From a virus, in the IMG/VR virus record IMGVR_UViG_3300011115_000879, positions 1 to 64,000 of that record: DNA of 64,000 bases. One strand, given 5' to 3'. The translations under genes were made by a program, and so were the position numbers. Below the pieces are notes generated by a model, which did not search any database, was not told the DNA's origin, and saw nothing but the letters and a program-made list of their open reading frames with translations. Position 1 is the first letter of the stretch. Each line of letters opens with the position of its first letter. This document shows positions 1-10,682 of the stretch, piece after piece.

Positions 1-32
1 TCGCAATTTTAGAAGACTAAAACCAATAACAA

Positions 33-1670
33 ATGAGTAAAGTAATCAGTTTCGACCGTGAAGCAAAACAAAAACTTCAAGCAGGTATCGATAAAGTAAA
101 CAAAGCAGTATCCGTTACAATGGGTCCATTCGGACGTAACGTATTAATTGAAAAAGAACACGGCCAAGTAGCATCCACAAAGGATGGCGTTACAGTAGCA
201 AAAACCATTACATTGGAAGATCCAATTGAAAATATGGCCGCTACAGTAATTAAACAAGCCGCAGAAAAAACAGTAAACGCCGCAGGTGATGGAACAACAA
301 CATCAACCGTATTAGCGCATTCAATCGCCTCACAAGCGCTAGATGCTACATCTTATCCATCAACAAACGCAACACAAGTAAAGCGTGGTATTGAACAAGC
401 AGTTAAGGTAGTAGTAGAGGAATTAAAAAGAATGTCTCGTCCTATCGAGAGTGAAGATCAAATCAAACAAATCGCTACATTGTCAGCTAATGGTGATACT
501 GAAATCGGTGAATTGGTAGCAACAGCACTTGATAAAGTAGGAAGGGATGGAGTAGTAACAGTAGAAGAGTCGCGTACTGGGGAAACTAGTTTAGAAGTAG
601 TAGAAGGTATGCAATTCGATAGAGGCTACAAATCACACTACATGGTAACAGATAACAATACAATGTCTGCTAACCTAACAGATGCATTAGTATTGCTAGT
701 AGATGGTAGGATTTCAGCAGTAAAAGACCTTTTACCGCTATTAGAATCAGTATCATCAGATAATAAATCATTATTGATTATCGCTGAAGATATTGATGGT
801 GAAGCATTAGCAACGTTGATTGTAAATAAGATGAGAGGTATTTTGAAGGTAGCTGCTGTTAAAGCACCTGACTTTGGAGAACGTCGCTTATTGATCTTGG
901 AAGATATTGCAACCATTACAGGTGGAACAGTAGTATCACCTCAGAAAGGTATGAAACTAGATAAATTCAATAAAACATGGTTCGGATCTGCACGTACAAT
1001 TACTGTAGGTAAAGATACAACTACAATTATTGATGGTAAAGGAGATACAACAGCAATCGAAACGCGTGTATTAGAATTAAAAGCACAAATCGACAAATCA
1101 AGTTCACCATATGAAATTGAGAAATTGCAAGAACGCCTAGCCAAAATGATTGGTGGAGTAGCTATCATTAATGTAGGTGGTGGAACGGAAATCGAAATGA
1201 AGGAAAAGAAAGATCGTTTGGACGATGCATTACAAGCAACTAAAGCAGCATTGGAAGAAGGTATCTTACCAGGAGCTGGAGTAGCATTACTACATGCTAG
1301 AGAAGCAATTAGCTATATTAAAGCCGATGGTGATGATATTAATAAAGGTAAGCGTATTGTCTCTATAGCATGTAAAACACCATTTACACAAATCTTGACT
1401 AATGCTGGCGAAAATCACCATGAGTGGTTAATGACACTAAGTAAAGAATTAGATAATCTAAATTTAGTACCTGGATTAACAGAGGAAAGATTAGTAGATG
1501 CATATGCATCAGGTATTATTGATCCAACCAAGGTAGTACGTTCAGCATTAGAAAATGCAGCACACGCCGCTGTAACATTATTAATGACCGAATGTGTAAT
1601 TCATGATAAACCAGATACCAAGAAGAAAGATGATGGTATGGCTGATATGATGAGTGGAATGGGAATGTAA
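33..1670 (+). CDS. groEL: Chaperonin GroEL (phage-encoded)
   Basis: [23 protein letters not shown] motifs and MMSGMGM tail; 545 aa. Confidence 0.97.
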   Translation: MSKVISFDREAKQKLQAGIDKVNKAVSVTMGPFGRNVLIEKEHGQVASTKDGVTVAKTITLEDPIENMAATVIKQAAEKTVNAAGDGTTTSTVLAHSIASQALDATSYPSTNATQVKRGIEQAVKVVVEELKRMSRPIESEDQIKQIATLSANGDTEIGELVATALDKVGRDGVVTVEESRTGETSLEVVEGMQFDRGYKSHYMVTDNNTMSANLTDALVLLVDGRISAVKDLLPLLESVSSDNKSLLIIAEDIDGEALATLIVNKMRGILKVAAVKAPDFGERRLLILEDIATITGGTVVSPQKGMKLDKFNKTWFGSARTITVGKDTTTIIDGKGDTTAIETRVLELKAQIDKSSSPYEIEKLQERLAKMIGGVAIINVGGGTEIEMKEKKDRLDDALQATKAALEEGILPGAGVALLHAREAISYIKADGDDINKGKRIVSIACKTPFTQILTNAGENHHEWLMTLSKELDNLNLVPGLTEERLVDAYASGIIDPTKVVRSALENAAHAAVTLLMTECVIHDKPDTKKKDDGMADMMSGMGM

Positions 1671-1677
1671 AAAGGTT

Positions 1678-1781
1678 AGTTAGGTGGCGGAATTGGTAGA
1701 CGCAACGACAAGTGTCAAAATGGGGCAATATTAATAGGGGTCCAAGTATATGACATACAGGTTCGAATCCTGTCCTAACTA
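1678..1781 (+). ncRNA. tRNA-like RNA with Leu-type D arm and no canonical anticodon arm
   Basis: Acceptor AGTTAGG/CCTAACT, D arm GGCGGAATTGGTAGACGC, T arm ACAGG-TTCGAAT-CCTGT; ~52-nt central region with GTGTCA/TGACAT stem. Confidence 0.75.
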
Positions 1782-1837
1782 CTAATATAGTTCGGTATTT
1801 TTCTAGCTTTTCATATATTTATTGGAAATATAATAAT

Positions 1838-2404
1838 ATGGAAACTAAAAAATGTATTAAATGTAAATTAGAATTATCTATCGAACGATCATCAAATTAT
1901 TGCACTAGTTGTAAAAGTAAAATGGATCTAGAATCATATCATAGAAATAAAGAAAAACGTCGCCAATACGTTAAGAACTATGAAAAGCAACATCCTGATA
2001 AACTTAAAAAGGGTCGTTTACAAACTAAACAATGGTTAAAAGATCGCCCTGAGTATATGAATGAGTGGTATAAAGAAAAATTATCCACTAATATAGAATA
2101 TAGAATAGCACATAATTTAAGAGAACGCTTGAGAGCAGCTCTTCATACTAATTCTAAAGGTGCTAAAACCATGAATATGTTAGGATGTAATATGGATGAA
2201 TTTAAACAACATATTGCTTCTAAATTTACTGAAAAAATGAATTGGGATAATTATGGCAGAAAAGGATGGCATATAGATCATATAATGCCTTGTAGTTCAT
2301 TTGATCTATCTGATCATGAACAGCAAAAACAATGCTTTCATTATACCAATTTACAACCACTATGGTGGAAAGATAATTTAGAAAAATCAGCTAAAATATT
2401 ATAA
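1838..2404 (+). CDS. Free-standing HNH (endonuclease VII-like) homing endonuclease
   Basis: N-terminal CxxC..CxxC; C-terminal WHIDHIMPC...CFHYTNLQPLW..DN. Confidence 0.85.
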   Translation: METKKCIKCKLELSIERSSNYCTSCKSKMDLESYHRNKEKRRQYVKNYEKQHPDKLKKGRLQTKQWLKDRPEYMNEWYKEKLSTNIEYRIAHNLRERLRAALHTNSKGAKTMNMLGCNMDEFKQHIASKFTEKMNWDNYGRKGWHIDHIMPCSSFDLSDHEQQKQCFHYTNLQPLWWKDNLEKSAKIL

Positions 2405-2406
2405 TA

Positions 2407-2430
2407 GGCAAAATAGATTTTGTATATTTA
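2407..2430 (+). promoter_or_regulatory. Early/middle promoter motif copy
   Basis: GGCA-AAATAGATTTTG-TATATTTA ending 4 nt before the ATG at 2435. Confidence 0.65.
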
Positions 2431-2434
2431 AGTT

Positions 2435-3358
2435 ATGAAAAAACAACACACATTATGGATCGAGCGCTACAGATCCCAAACATTAGAACAATATATCGGA
2501 AACGATACTATTAAAGAACGCATTGCTGATTGTATTACCAACAACGATATTCCACATTTTATATTTAGTGGAACGGCGGGTACTGGTAAAACAACATTAG
2601 CAAAATTAATAGTAAATAATATCAAATGTGATTATCTATACTTAAATGCTAGTGACGAAAATGGTATTGATATCATTAGAGATAAAGTTAAAGGCTTTGC
2701 ATCATCAGCATCGTTTAATCCTCTTAAAGTGATTATATTAGATGAAGCAGATTTCCTTACACAACCAGCTCAAGCTGCACTTCGTAATATCATTGAAGAA
2801 TATTCAATTAATACACGTTTTATCTTAACATGTAATTATATTGAGCGTTTAATTGAACCATTACAATCTCGTTGCGAAATTAATATTCTAAAACCACCAA
2901 CTAAAGGTGGCGTAGCTAAACATATCTGTACTAACATATTAGATATTGAAGGTATTACTTATGATATTAAAGACGTAGCAGCTATCATTAATGAACTATA
3001 TCCTGATATTAGATCTGTAATTAAAGTATTGCAACAAAATATTAAAGATGGCAAATTAAAGATTGTAACTTTAAACGATAACTGGTGTAAGCAACTCATT
3101 CAAATACTAAATAAACGCGATAAGGATGCTTGGTTTCAAATTCGCCAATTAGTAGCAGATTCGCAAGTAGATGATTTCCAAATCGCTTATAGATATATGT
3201 TTGAGCATCTACCTGAATTTAGTTATGGTAATGATGCTAATCTATCAGTTATATTAGATGATTTTATTTGGAGATCGAGTGTAGTACCTGATAAAGAAAT
3301 TAACTTTGCAGCCGCAATAGCAAAAATATTAGAAACAACTAAAAAACAACTATTATAA
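2435..3358 (+). CDS. Clamp loader AAA+ subunit (T4 gp44/RFC-small-like)
   Basis: LWIERYR, Walker A GTAGTGKT, LNASDENG, Walker B ILDEAD, SRC motif. Confidence 0.92.
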   Translation: MKKQHTLWIERYRSQTLEQYIGNDTIKERIADCITNNDIPHFIFSGTAGTGKTTLAKLIVNNIKCDYLYLNASDENGIDIIRDKVKGFASSASFNPLKVIILDEADFLTQPAQAALRNIIEEYSINTRFILTCNYIERLIEPLQSRCEINILKPPTKGGVAKHICTNILDIEGITYDIKDVAAIINELYPDIRSVIKVLQQNIKDGKLKIVTLNDNWCKQLIQILNKRDKDAWFQIRQLVADSQVDDFQIAYRYMFEHLPEFSYGNDANLSVILDDFIWRSSVVPDKEINFAAAIAKILETTKKQLL

Positions 3359-3609
3359 TGGAACAACAACAACTAAATATTAGTTTAGATAAAACAACAG
3401 GCGTATCTTGTGATAAGTGCCAAAATGAAGTATTTCAAGAAGTACTACTATTACGTAAAGTATCTAGATTTTTAACAGGTCAAGCACAAGATGGAGTAAT
3501 TCCAGTATCGGTATTCGCTTGTACTAAGTGTAGTCATGTAAATAATGAATTCCTACCAGCACCATTACGAACAGATGCTGTAGAAATTATAGAAGAAATT
3601 ACTGAGTAA
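3358..3609 (+). CDS. Small Zn-ribbon protein
   Basis: CDKC...CTKC; translationally coupled. Confidence 0.7.
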   Translation: MEQQQLNISLDKTTGVSCDKCQNEVFQEVLLLRKVSRFLTGQAQDGVIPVSVFACTKCSHVNNEFLPAPLRTDAVEIIEEITE

Positions 3610-3619
3610 ATAATTAACA

Positions 3620-3874
3620 ATGTTTAATATATTCAAACAAATAAAACAACTAAAAATGACAAAGCAAGAATTAGAACAAGAAAATGGACAATTGATGGAA
3701 GCTCTATCCCGAGCAAATTCAGCTAATAGAGAACAATCAACTTTAATAAGTCAACTACGTGATGATTTAAATGGAGCTATAAGTAGAGTAAGAATTCTAG
3801 ATGAGCAACTCAGTATGAGAGAAGCACGCCAAAAAGCAACAGAAAAATTTAACGACAACGATAGAAACTACTAA
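3620..3874 (+). CDS. Coiled-coil hypothetical protein
   Basis: Tightly packed ORF with heptad pattern. Confidence 0.65.
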   Translation: MFNIFKQIKQLKMTKQELEQENGQLMEALSRANSANREQSTLISQLRDDLNGAISRVRILDEQLSMREARQKATEKFNDNDRNY

Positions 3875-4251
3875 TGGCTACATTATTCGATCATATTAAA
3901 AACATTACTACTACTAAAGGAGCATACTTAGGAGACGAAGGATGGAATAATTGGATGATAAATCGTTTCTTAAGTATGGATCCTAGTTACTGCGAAGTAG
4001 TAAATATAGTACAAAAAAATACCTGGCAAATGAAGGGTGAGAACTTATATAATCTGTATAAGGATCTCATCCCTAAACAGTATAAATACCTTAAGTATAT
4101 TAAAGCATCTAAAAAGGTAGATTATAAACCAGAAGAAATAGAAGCAGTACAATCGTATTTTGAAATTAGTAAGAAAGAAGCTAAAGAATATATTAATATG
4201 ATTGATAAATCTGAATTAGAAACAATTAAATCTCAAATAAATGGCATTTGA
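3874..4251 (+). CDS. Clamp loader small subunit (T4 gp62-like)
   Basis: WMINRFLS...YFEISKKEAKEY pattern; near the gp44-like gene. Confidence 0.7.
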   Translation: MATLFDHIKNITTTKGAYLGDEGWNNWMINRFLSMDPSYCEVVNIVQKNTWQMKGENLYNLYKDLIPKQYKYLKYIKASKKVDYKPEEIEAVQSYFEISKKEAKEYINMIDKSELETIKSQINGI

Positions 4252-4504
4252 ACTTAAATTTATATTAGTAACAGTAGCAATGTTCTTAACAGATGTATGT
4301 TGGACAATGTATTTTGTTGAAGTAGAAAAACGCAATTCACTCCCTGCCGGAATTTGGGGATCAGCTATCTTATTATTCGGTTCGATAGTAACAATTAATT
4401 ATGTTGATGATCATAGATTATTAGCTGCCGCTATTATAGGTTCATTCTTAGGAGTAGTAGCTACAATTGAATATAAAAAACGTAAAGAAAATAAAACGAA
4501 ATAA
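4241..4504 (+). CDS. Small 3-TM membrane protein
   Basis: Three hydrophobic segments and a basic C-terminus. Confidence 0.65.
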   Translation: MAFELKFILVTVAMFLTDVCWTMYFVEVEKRNSLPAGIWGSAILLFGSIVTINYVDDHRLLAAAIIGSFLGVVATIEYKKRKENKTK

Positions 4505-4505
4505 T

Positions 4506-4820
4506 ATGAGTATAATAGGAGAATTTTGGGAAGAAAAAGTTGATAAAGAATATATTTTAAAACCAAAAGACGAAATTACTACACTAGTAATGAAAGATTT
4601 AAAACTACGTTCTGATCGTGGTTATATAAAATATAATACTACATTAGATAAAAATGACCATCAAAATATGCTTCAACATGCATACGAAGAAGCATTAGAT
4701 ATGGCTCAGTATCTTAAAAAAGAAATTACTACACTGAACACGATTCAAGATTTAGTTAAAGAATATCCTAACGATGCAGAATTAGGAATGAAATTAAGAC
4801 AAATGTATGGTAAAGCCTAA
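4506..4820 (+). CDS. Conserved phage hypothetical protein
   Basis: RSDRGYIKYNTTL..HAYEEALD; start moved to ATG 4506 to avoid overlap. Confidence 0.65.
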   Translation: MSIIGEFWEEKVDKEYILKPKDEITTLVMKDLKLRSDRGYIKYNTTLDKNDHQNMLQHAYEEALDMAQYLKKEITTLNTIQDLVKEYPNDAELGMKLRQMYGKA

Positions 4821-5748
4821 ATTAACAGAAATTGAATTAAGTATAAAGAAACATATTCCTCCTGAAATAAATCCTGCATTTCAACGCTCCGTATCCTACT
4901 CTCAATATTCAATGTGGGCTAATTGCCCTCATAGATGGGCAATGAAATATCTTGAAAATAAAGAACCTTATCAAGCAAGCATCCACACCGTATTCGGAAC
5001 GGCATTTCATGAAACATTACAAGAGTATCTCAAGATAATGTATAGTGAAAGTGGAGCTGCCTCTGATAGGATGAATTTAGAAGAATTATTTCAAGAACGC
5101 TTCAGAGAAGTATACTCTAAAGAATATAAATCAGCAGGTAACCACTTCAGCAATGCCTCAGAAATGAGAGATTTCTTCGATGATGCAACATCAATGCTTA
5201 CATGGATTCAAAAGAGGAGAAATAAAATATTCACTACTCGTAACATGAGATTACTAGGAATTGAATTACCTTTAATACTTAAATTATCAAATAATCTATA
5301 TTATAAAGCATTCGTTGATTTTGCATTATATGATATGGATTTAAATAAAGTTTACATATATGATATCAAAACATCAACGCGTGGATGGAGTGACTCTGAG
5401 AAAAGAGACGATAAAAAAATTGCTCAAGTCCTACTATACAAAGAGTATTTTGCAAGACAATACGGATTTGACGTCGACCAAATCGAAGTCGAATTCTTCA
5501 TCGTTAAGCGAAAAATCTATGAAAAAGCTGAATACCCTATTCCCCGGGTTCAGTCCTTCAAACCCGCTAGTGGAAAAACCAAACGAAAACAAGCCGTAGA
5601 TAGTTTTCAAGAATTTATTAAAGATTGCTTCGATGAGGGGGGAAAACCACAAATAAAATCTTACCTTAAAAATGTAGGTGAAAGTAGTTGTAAATATTGC
5701 CCATATAAAGACAGTTTAGAATTTTGCGATAAGACCAATGGTCTTTAA
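4807..5748 (+). CDS. PD-(D/E)XK (RecB/Cas4-like) exonuclease
   Basis: SYSQ..CP, FGTAFHE, D...YDIKT, C-terminal CKYCPY..C. Confidence 0.85.
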   Translation: MVKPKLTEIELSIKKHIPPEINPAFQRSVSYSQYSMWANCPHRWAMKYLENKEPYQASIHTVFGTAFHETLQEYLKIMYSESGAASDRMNLEELFQERFREVYSKEYKSAGNHFSNASEMRDFFDDATSMLTWIQKRRNKIFTTRNMRLLGIELPLILKLSNNLYYKAFVDFALYDMDLNKVYIYDIKTSTRGWSDSEKRDDKKIAQVLLYKEYFARQYGFDVDQIEVEFFIVKRKIYEKAEYPIPRVQSFKPASGKTKRKQAVDSFQEFIKDCFDEGGKPQIKSYLKNVGESSCKYCPYKDSLEFCDKTNGL

Positions 5749-5782
5749 TAGTCGTATATATTTATATTCAAATATATTAATT

Positions 5783-5974
5783 ATGGCAAAGATGCAATTA
5801 ACATCGGTTAAAATACCGGAAGACTTATTCGAACAATTTAAAATAGCATGTGTTAGATATAAATTTAGCGTTCAAAAATTAACAGAACGCGGTATGTTTC
5901 TATATCTTACAGATGAAGAATGGAGAAAAAATATCCATAACGTATTAGACACACAATTTACAGGAAGTATTTAA
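5783..5974 (+). CDS. Ribbon-helix-helix-like DNA-binding protein
   Basis: LTSVKIPEDLFEQFK pattern; ATG 5783 follows an ATATTTAT motif. Confidence 0.6.
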   Translation: MAKMQLTSVKIPEDLFEQFKIACVRYKFSVQKLTERGMFLYLTDEEWRKNIHNVLDTQFTGSI

Positions 5975-5992
5975 AATCAAACAATTAGTTAT

Positions 5993-7453
5993 ATGAAAGA
6001 AGGTTATATTGAGCAATCAAAACGTAAGAAAATCTTACTACTTTGCGACGATATCAGAATGACATCAGGTATTTCTACAATGGCTAGAGAAATCATATTA
6101 GGAACAGCCCATAGATTTAATTGGGTGAATGTTGGTGGAGCTATTAACCATCCAGATCAAGGTAAACGATTTGATCTAAATGCTGATACAAATACAAATG
6201 CTGGTATAAATGATGCTAGTGTAGTTTTATATCCTATTAATGGATATGGTGATCCTATGTTTCTAAAACAAATGATCGAAATGGAAAAACCAGATGCATT
6301 AATGATGTTTACTGATCCGAGATATTGGATTTGGTTATTTCAAATGGAACATGAAATTAGAAAAACAATGCCTATTATTTATCTTAACATTTGGGATGAT
6401 TTACCTTATCCAATGTATAATAAGCCATACTATGAATCATGTGATGCATTACTAGCAATTAGTAAGCAAACAGAAAATATCAACCATTCAGTATTAGGAC
6501 CAGAATTATCAGCTGAAAAAGTGATTAAATATGTTCCTCATGGTATTAATGAGAAAATATTCTTCCCTATCACAACAGAACACCCAGAATATTTAGCATT
6601 ACAAGACTTTAAAAAACAATTATATGGAAATAAATCGTACGATTTTACTCTATTATATAATGCGCGTAACATACGCCGTAAATCTGTTCCTGATTTAATG
6701 CTAGCGTGGAAGATATTCATTGATGAACTTCCAGAGGCACAAGCTAAAAAAACAGCATTAGTATTACATACACAGATTGTAGATGAAAATGGTACTGACT
6801 TACAAGCAGTAAAAGATATGTTATTTGGATATAATGAAAAATATAACATTATATTTGATCAAGGTCGCTACCCAGCAAACGTAATGAATTTACTCTATAA
6901 CGCTACGGATGGATGTGCTTTAATTAGCTCAAACGAAGGATGGGGATTATCATTAACTGAAGCAATGATGTGTGGTAAACCAATTATCGCTACAGTTACT
7001 GGAGGAATGCAAGATCAAATGCGTTTTGAAGATGAAAATGGTAATATGATTAAGTTCACTGAAGAATTTGGATCAAACCATAGAGGTAAATATAAAAAAC
7101 ATGGCAACTGGGCTTATCCAGTATTCCCAAGTAACTTATCATTAGTAGGATCAGTTCCAACACCATATATCTTTGATGATAGAGCAGAACCATTCGATAT
7201 AGCTACTCAAATAACAAATCTATATACGACGAAAACAACATTACCTGAAGAATATACAGAAGAATGTAACGCTGCTAGAGTATGGGTTACATCAGATGAA
7301 TCAATGCAATCAGCAAGATTGATGGCTAAAAATGTTATTGATGGAATCGAAGAAACATTCGCTAAATTTCAACCACGTCATCGATTTGAATTAATTCAAG
7401 TAGAAACTCCAAAACAACCAAAACATTACGTAAAAACAGTTATAGCAAAATAA
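5993..7453 (+). CDS. Glycosyltransferase, GT4 (GT-B)
   Basis: VPHGI, RNIRRK, EGWGLSLTEAM. Confidence 0.9.
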   Translation: MKEGYIEQSKRKKILLLCDDIRMTSGISTMAREIILGTAHRFNWVNVGGAINHPDQGKRFDLNADTNTNAGINDASVVLYPINGYGDPMFLKQMIEMEKPDALMMFTDPRYWIWLFQMEHEIRKTMPIIYLNIWDDLPYPMYNKPYYESCDALLAISKQTENINHSVLGPELSAEKVIKYVPHGINEKIFFPITTEHPEYLALQDFKKQLYGNKSYDFTLLYNARNIRRKSVPDLMLAWKIFIDELPEAQAKKTALVLHTQIVDENGTDLQAVKDMLFGYNEKYNIIFDQGRYPANVMNLLYNATDGCALISSNEGWGLSLTEAMMCGKPIIATVTGGMQDQMRFEDENGNMIKFTEEFGSNHRGKYKKHGNWAYPVFPSNLSLVGSVPTPYIFDDRAEPFDIATQITNLYTTKTTLPEEYTEECNAARVWVTSDESMQSARLMAKNVIDGIEETFAKFQPRHRFELIQVETPKQPKHYVKTVIAK

Positions 7454-7454
7454 T

Positions 7455-8765
7455 ATGAAACAACTAATATTCATAAGTTGCCCTATAGACACTTATAGTG
7501 GCTACGGTGCTCGCAGTAGAGATATCGTAAAAGCGCTTTTAAAATCAGATAAATACGAAGTAAGAATTCTACCACAAAGATGGGGTAATACACCTTTTGG
7601 ATTTTTAAAAGCAGATAATGCTGAAGATAAACAAATTTTAGATTGTATTTGGAGTCAACCACAACTACCAAAACAACCAGATTTATGGATTCAAATTACA
7701 GTACCTAATGAATTCCAACCAGTAGGTAAATTTAATCTAGGAATCACAGCAGGTATTGAAACAACAGTATGTGATGCTAGTTGGATCGAAGGTGTTAATA
7801 GAATGAACTTAACATTAGTATCATCGGAGCATGCTAAAAAAGTATTTGAAGGATCAGCATTTGAACAAAGAGATAATAATACACAACAGGTAATCAAACA
7901 AATTAAATTAGAAAAACCAGTTGAAGTATTATTTGAAGGAGTTAATACTGATATCTATCAAAAAATAGATGCTGTAAATGATAGTGAAGTTTGGGATATC
8001 GTAGAAGATATTAAAGAAGATTTTAACTTCTTATATGTTGGTCATTGGTTGCAAGGTGAATTAGGACAAGACAGAAAAGATACAGGTATGTTAATTAAAA
8101 CATTCCTTGAAACATTTAAAGGTAAAGGAATAAAACCAGGATTGATTCTTAAAACATCATCAGCTACTTATTCTATAATGGATAGAGATGAAATGTTAGA
8201 TAAAATTCAAAGGATTAGAGTAATGGTTGGAGGTGAAGATTTACCAAATGTTTATCTATTACATGGTGAATTAACAGATGAAGAAATAAACGAACTATAT
8301 AATCACACCAAAGTAAAAGCACACGTAACATTTACTAAAGGTGAAGGATTTGGTCGCCCATTGCTAGAAGCATCAATCAGCCAAAAACCAGTAATTGCTC
8401 CTAATTGGAGTGGACATATTGATTTTCTTGATGCAGAAATGTCAGTACTACTCCCAGGACAAGTAACTCAATTACACCCATCAGCAGTAGTACCTAATAT
8501 GCTATTACCAGAAAGTGGATGGTTCACAGTTGATTATAAAAAAGCAGCTGATGTATTAGTTGATGTTTATAAAAATCCTAAAAAATATCTTGATGGGGCA
8601 AAGAAACAAGCTTACCGTTCACGTACTGAATTTAGTTTAGATAAAATGAGTGAAAAACTATTAAATATACTAGATATTAAAGTACCTAAACAAGTAGCAC
8701 TTAAATTACCTCAACTTAAGAAAATTGAATTACCTAAACTTAAAAAGGTAGAAGATGCAAAGTAA
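7455..8765 (+). CDS. Glycosyltransferase, GT4 (GT-B)
   Basis: SGYG, DRKD, GEGFGRPLLEA. Confidence 0.88.
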   Translation: MKQLIFISCPIDTYSGYGARSRDIVKALLKSDKYEVRILPQRWGNTPFGFLKADNAEDKQILDCIWSQPQLPKQPDLWIQITVPNEFQPVGKFNLGITAGIETTVCDASWIEGVNRMNLTLVSSEHAKKVFEGSAFEQRDNNTQQVIKQIKLEKPVEVLFEGVNTDIYQKIDAVNDSEVWDIVEDIKEDFNFLYVGHWLQGELGQDRKDTGMLIKTFLETFKGKGIKPGLILKTSSATYSIMDRDEMLDKIQRIRVMVGGEDLPNVYLLHGELTDEEINELYNHTKVKAHVTFTKGEGFGRPLLEASISQKPVIAPNWSGHIDFLDAEMSVLLPGQVTQLHPSAVVPNMLLPESGWFTVDYKKAADVLVDVYKNPKKYLDGAKKQAYRSRTEFSLDKMSEKLLNILDIKVPKQVALKLPQLKKIELPKLKKVEDAK

Positions 8766-8809
8766 TACAGGAGCTATAGTTTATACTTATCAAAATAATA
8801 CATTAAATA

Positions 8810-9202
8810 ATGAAAGAATTACTTATAACATGTCCTAGATGCGAATCAAACGCATGTAGTGAAGTATCAAATGATAAATTAACTGTATGGAATTGTTTTG
8901 GATGTGGTTTCACATCCAATTCAACCCTTACAGAGAAAAATATCGAAACTACAGAAGAAACATTACCCGAACTATATAAAGCACTTAGATTTAAGAATGC
9001 TGAAGGTTTACATTGGTATCCAACATCTGTAATATTAGATAATAAAGCAATGGTATTTGCTGAAGGTAAAACAATTGAAGATTGGCAGTGGTCAGCCGTA
9101 CAATCTAAAGACAACAAACCAGACATGTCTACTAAAAAAGAATTCGCAGAACGTGAATTTATGGATGCTTTAGATTATATCGGTTACTTTAATCAAAAAT
9201 AA
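8810..9202 (+). CDS. Zn-ribbon hypothetical protein
   Basis: CPRC...CFGCG. Confidence 0.7.
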   Translation: MKELLITCPRCESNACSEVSNDKLTVWNCFGCGFTSNSTLTEKNIETTEETLPELYKALRFKNAEGLHWYPTSVILDNKAMVFAEGKTIEDWQWSAVQSKDNKPDMSTKKEFAEREFMDALDYIGYFNQK

Positions 9203-9206
9203 TGTT

Positions 9207-9833
9207 ATGCCCTCAATTAGTTATGCAATTACAGCGTGTAATGAACATGTTGAATTAGAACGTCTATTAGATCAATTAAATAAAACTATTCGTCCTGAAG
9301 ACGAAATAGTAGTCCAACTAGATACTACAGCTACTGCCGAAGTTAAGGCGGTAGCTGAGAAGTATAATGTTGGATATAAATGCGATTATCATAGAATATA
9401 TCATTCTTTAAATAATGATTTCGCATCCTTTAAAAATAATCTTAGTGAACATTGCACACGGGATTATATCTTTCAATTAGATGCTGATGAATATCCACAC
9501 CCAGAATTAATTGAAAATTTACCTGCTCTTCTTGCACACAACCCAGAAATTGATGTATTTCTAGTTCCTAGAATCAATACAGTAGAAGGATTAACTGAAA
9601 CTCATATTAAACAATGGGGATGGAATGTAGAGAAAGGTAGAGTTAATTTTCCAGATTACCAATGGAGAATATGGATTAATAAGAAAAATATCAAATGGAT
9701 AAATAAAGTACATGAACGTTTAGACGGTTTTGGATTATATTGTAATCTACCCCCATTAGATGAATTATGTATATTTCATCCTAAAGAAATTAAACGACAA
9801 GAAAAACAAAATCAATTATATGCTAGAATCTAA
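9207..9833 (+). CDS. Glycosyltransferase, GT2
   Basis: ISYAITACNE, LDADE, VHE. Confidence 0.88.
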   Translation: MPSISYAITACNEHVELERLLDQLNKTIRPEDEIVVQLDTTATAEVKAVAEKYNVGYKCDYHRIYHSLNNDFASFKNNLSEHCTRDYIFQLDADEYPHPELIENLPALLAHNPEIDVFLVPRINTVEGLTETHIKQWGWNVEKGRVNFPDYQWRIWINKKNIKWINKVHERLDGFGLYCNLPPLDELCIFHPKEIKRQEKQNQLYARI

Positions 9834-10671
9834 CATAATAACATATTGTATATCAACATATAATAATTTACCTTATTTAAAGTTAGCAGTAAAATCTGTA
9901 AGAGAAAATTCATATTATAAAGAATCACCTTTTATCATTCATGCTGAGAATTGTACTGATGGTACTAATAAATGGTTAGAAGAGGTTAAAGATTTATATA
10001 ATTTAGAAATATATATTGAAAAAAATGAAGTACCTGTTGGGATTGGAGGAGGAATGAATTTTTGCGCTAATAAAGTAAAAACAGAATATATCATGTTTTT
10101 GCATTCTGATTTTTATGTAACTAAAAATTGGGATATTGAATGTTTAAAAATTATACAAAAATATCCAAATAAAAAATTATGGATATCCTCTTATAGAATT
10201 GAACCCAATATGTTTAATAATTCTTCTTCACGTCCGGGGACTGTTATTGTTCCTCCTGATATGTTTGGAGCCTACCATGATAATTTTAAAATTAAATTAT
10301 TTGAAGAATGGGCTACTGATTTTAAAAAAATGAATCCTGATATCGAAATTCCAAAAGGAGAAGGTGTATCAGGATTAATTAAAAAAATCGATTGGGGTGA
10401 AATAGGAGGAAATGACCCTATATTTGCACCCGCTTCATATGATGATATGGATTTATTTTTAAGGATGTTATATAAAGGGTATGAATTTATATTAACTAGT
10501 AATTCACTAGTATGGCATTTTGGAGCAAGAGGTAGCCACCGATTAGAAGAAAATAATGGACACACATCATCTAGACAAAGAGAAGCAGAACAAAAAAATA
10601 TAAATAAATGGTTGGAAAAGTGGGGTAAAATGCCTATCTTTAATGAATATGGAATGATAAAACAATTTTAA
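9820..10671 (+). CDS. Glycosyltransferase, GT2
   Basis: CISTYN, CTDGT, LHSD, DDMD; start moved to ATG 9820. Confidence 0.85.
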   Translation: MLESNIITYCISTYNNLPYLKLAVKSVRENSYYKESPFIIHAENCTDGTNKWLEEVKDLYNLEIYIEKNEVPVGIGGGMNFCANKVKTEYIMFLHSDFYVTKNWDIECLKIIQKYPNKKLWISSYRIEPNMFNNSSSRPGTVIVPPDMFGAYHDNFKIKLFEEWATDFKKMNPDIEIPKGEGVSGLIKKIDWGEIGGNDPIFAPASYDDMDLFLRMLYKGYEFILTSNSLVWHFGARGSHRLEENNGHTSSRQREAEQKNINKWLEKWGKMPIFNEYGMIKQF

Positions 10672-10682
10672 AATATATAAAC

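Noticed and set aside
4807-5748. Cas4 as part of a CRISPR system
   Set aside because: A solo PD-(D/E)XK nuclease in a replication gene context, common in phages
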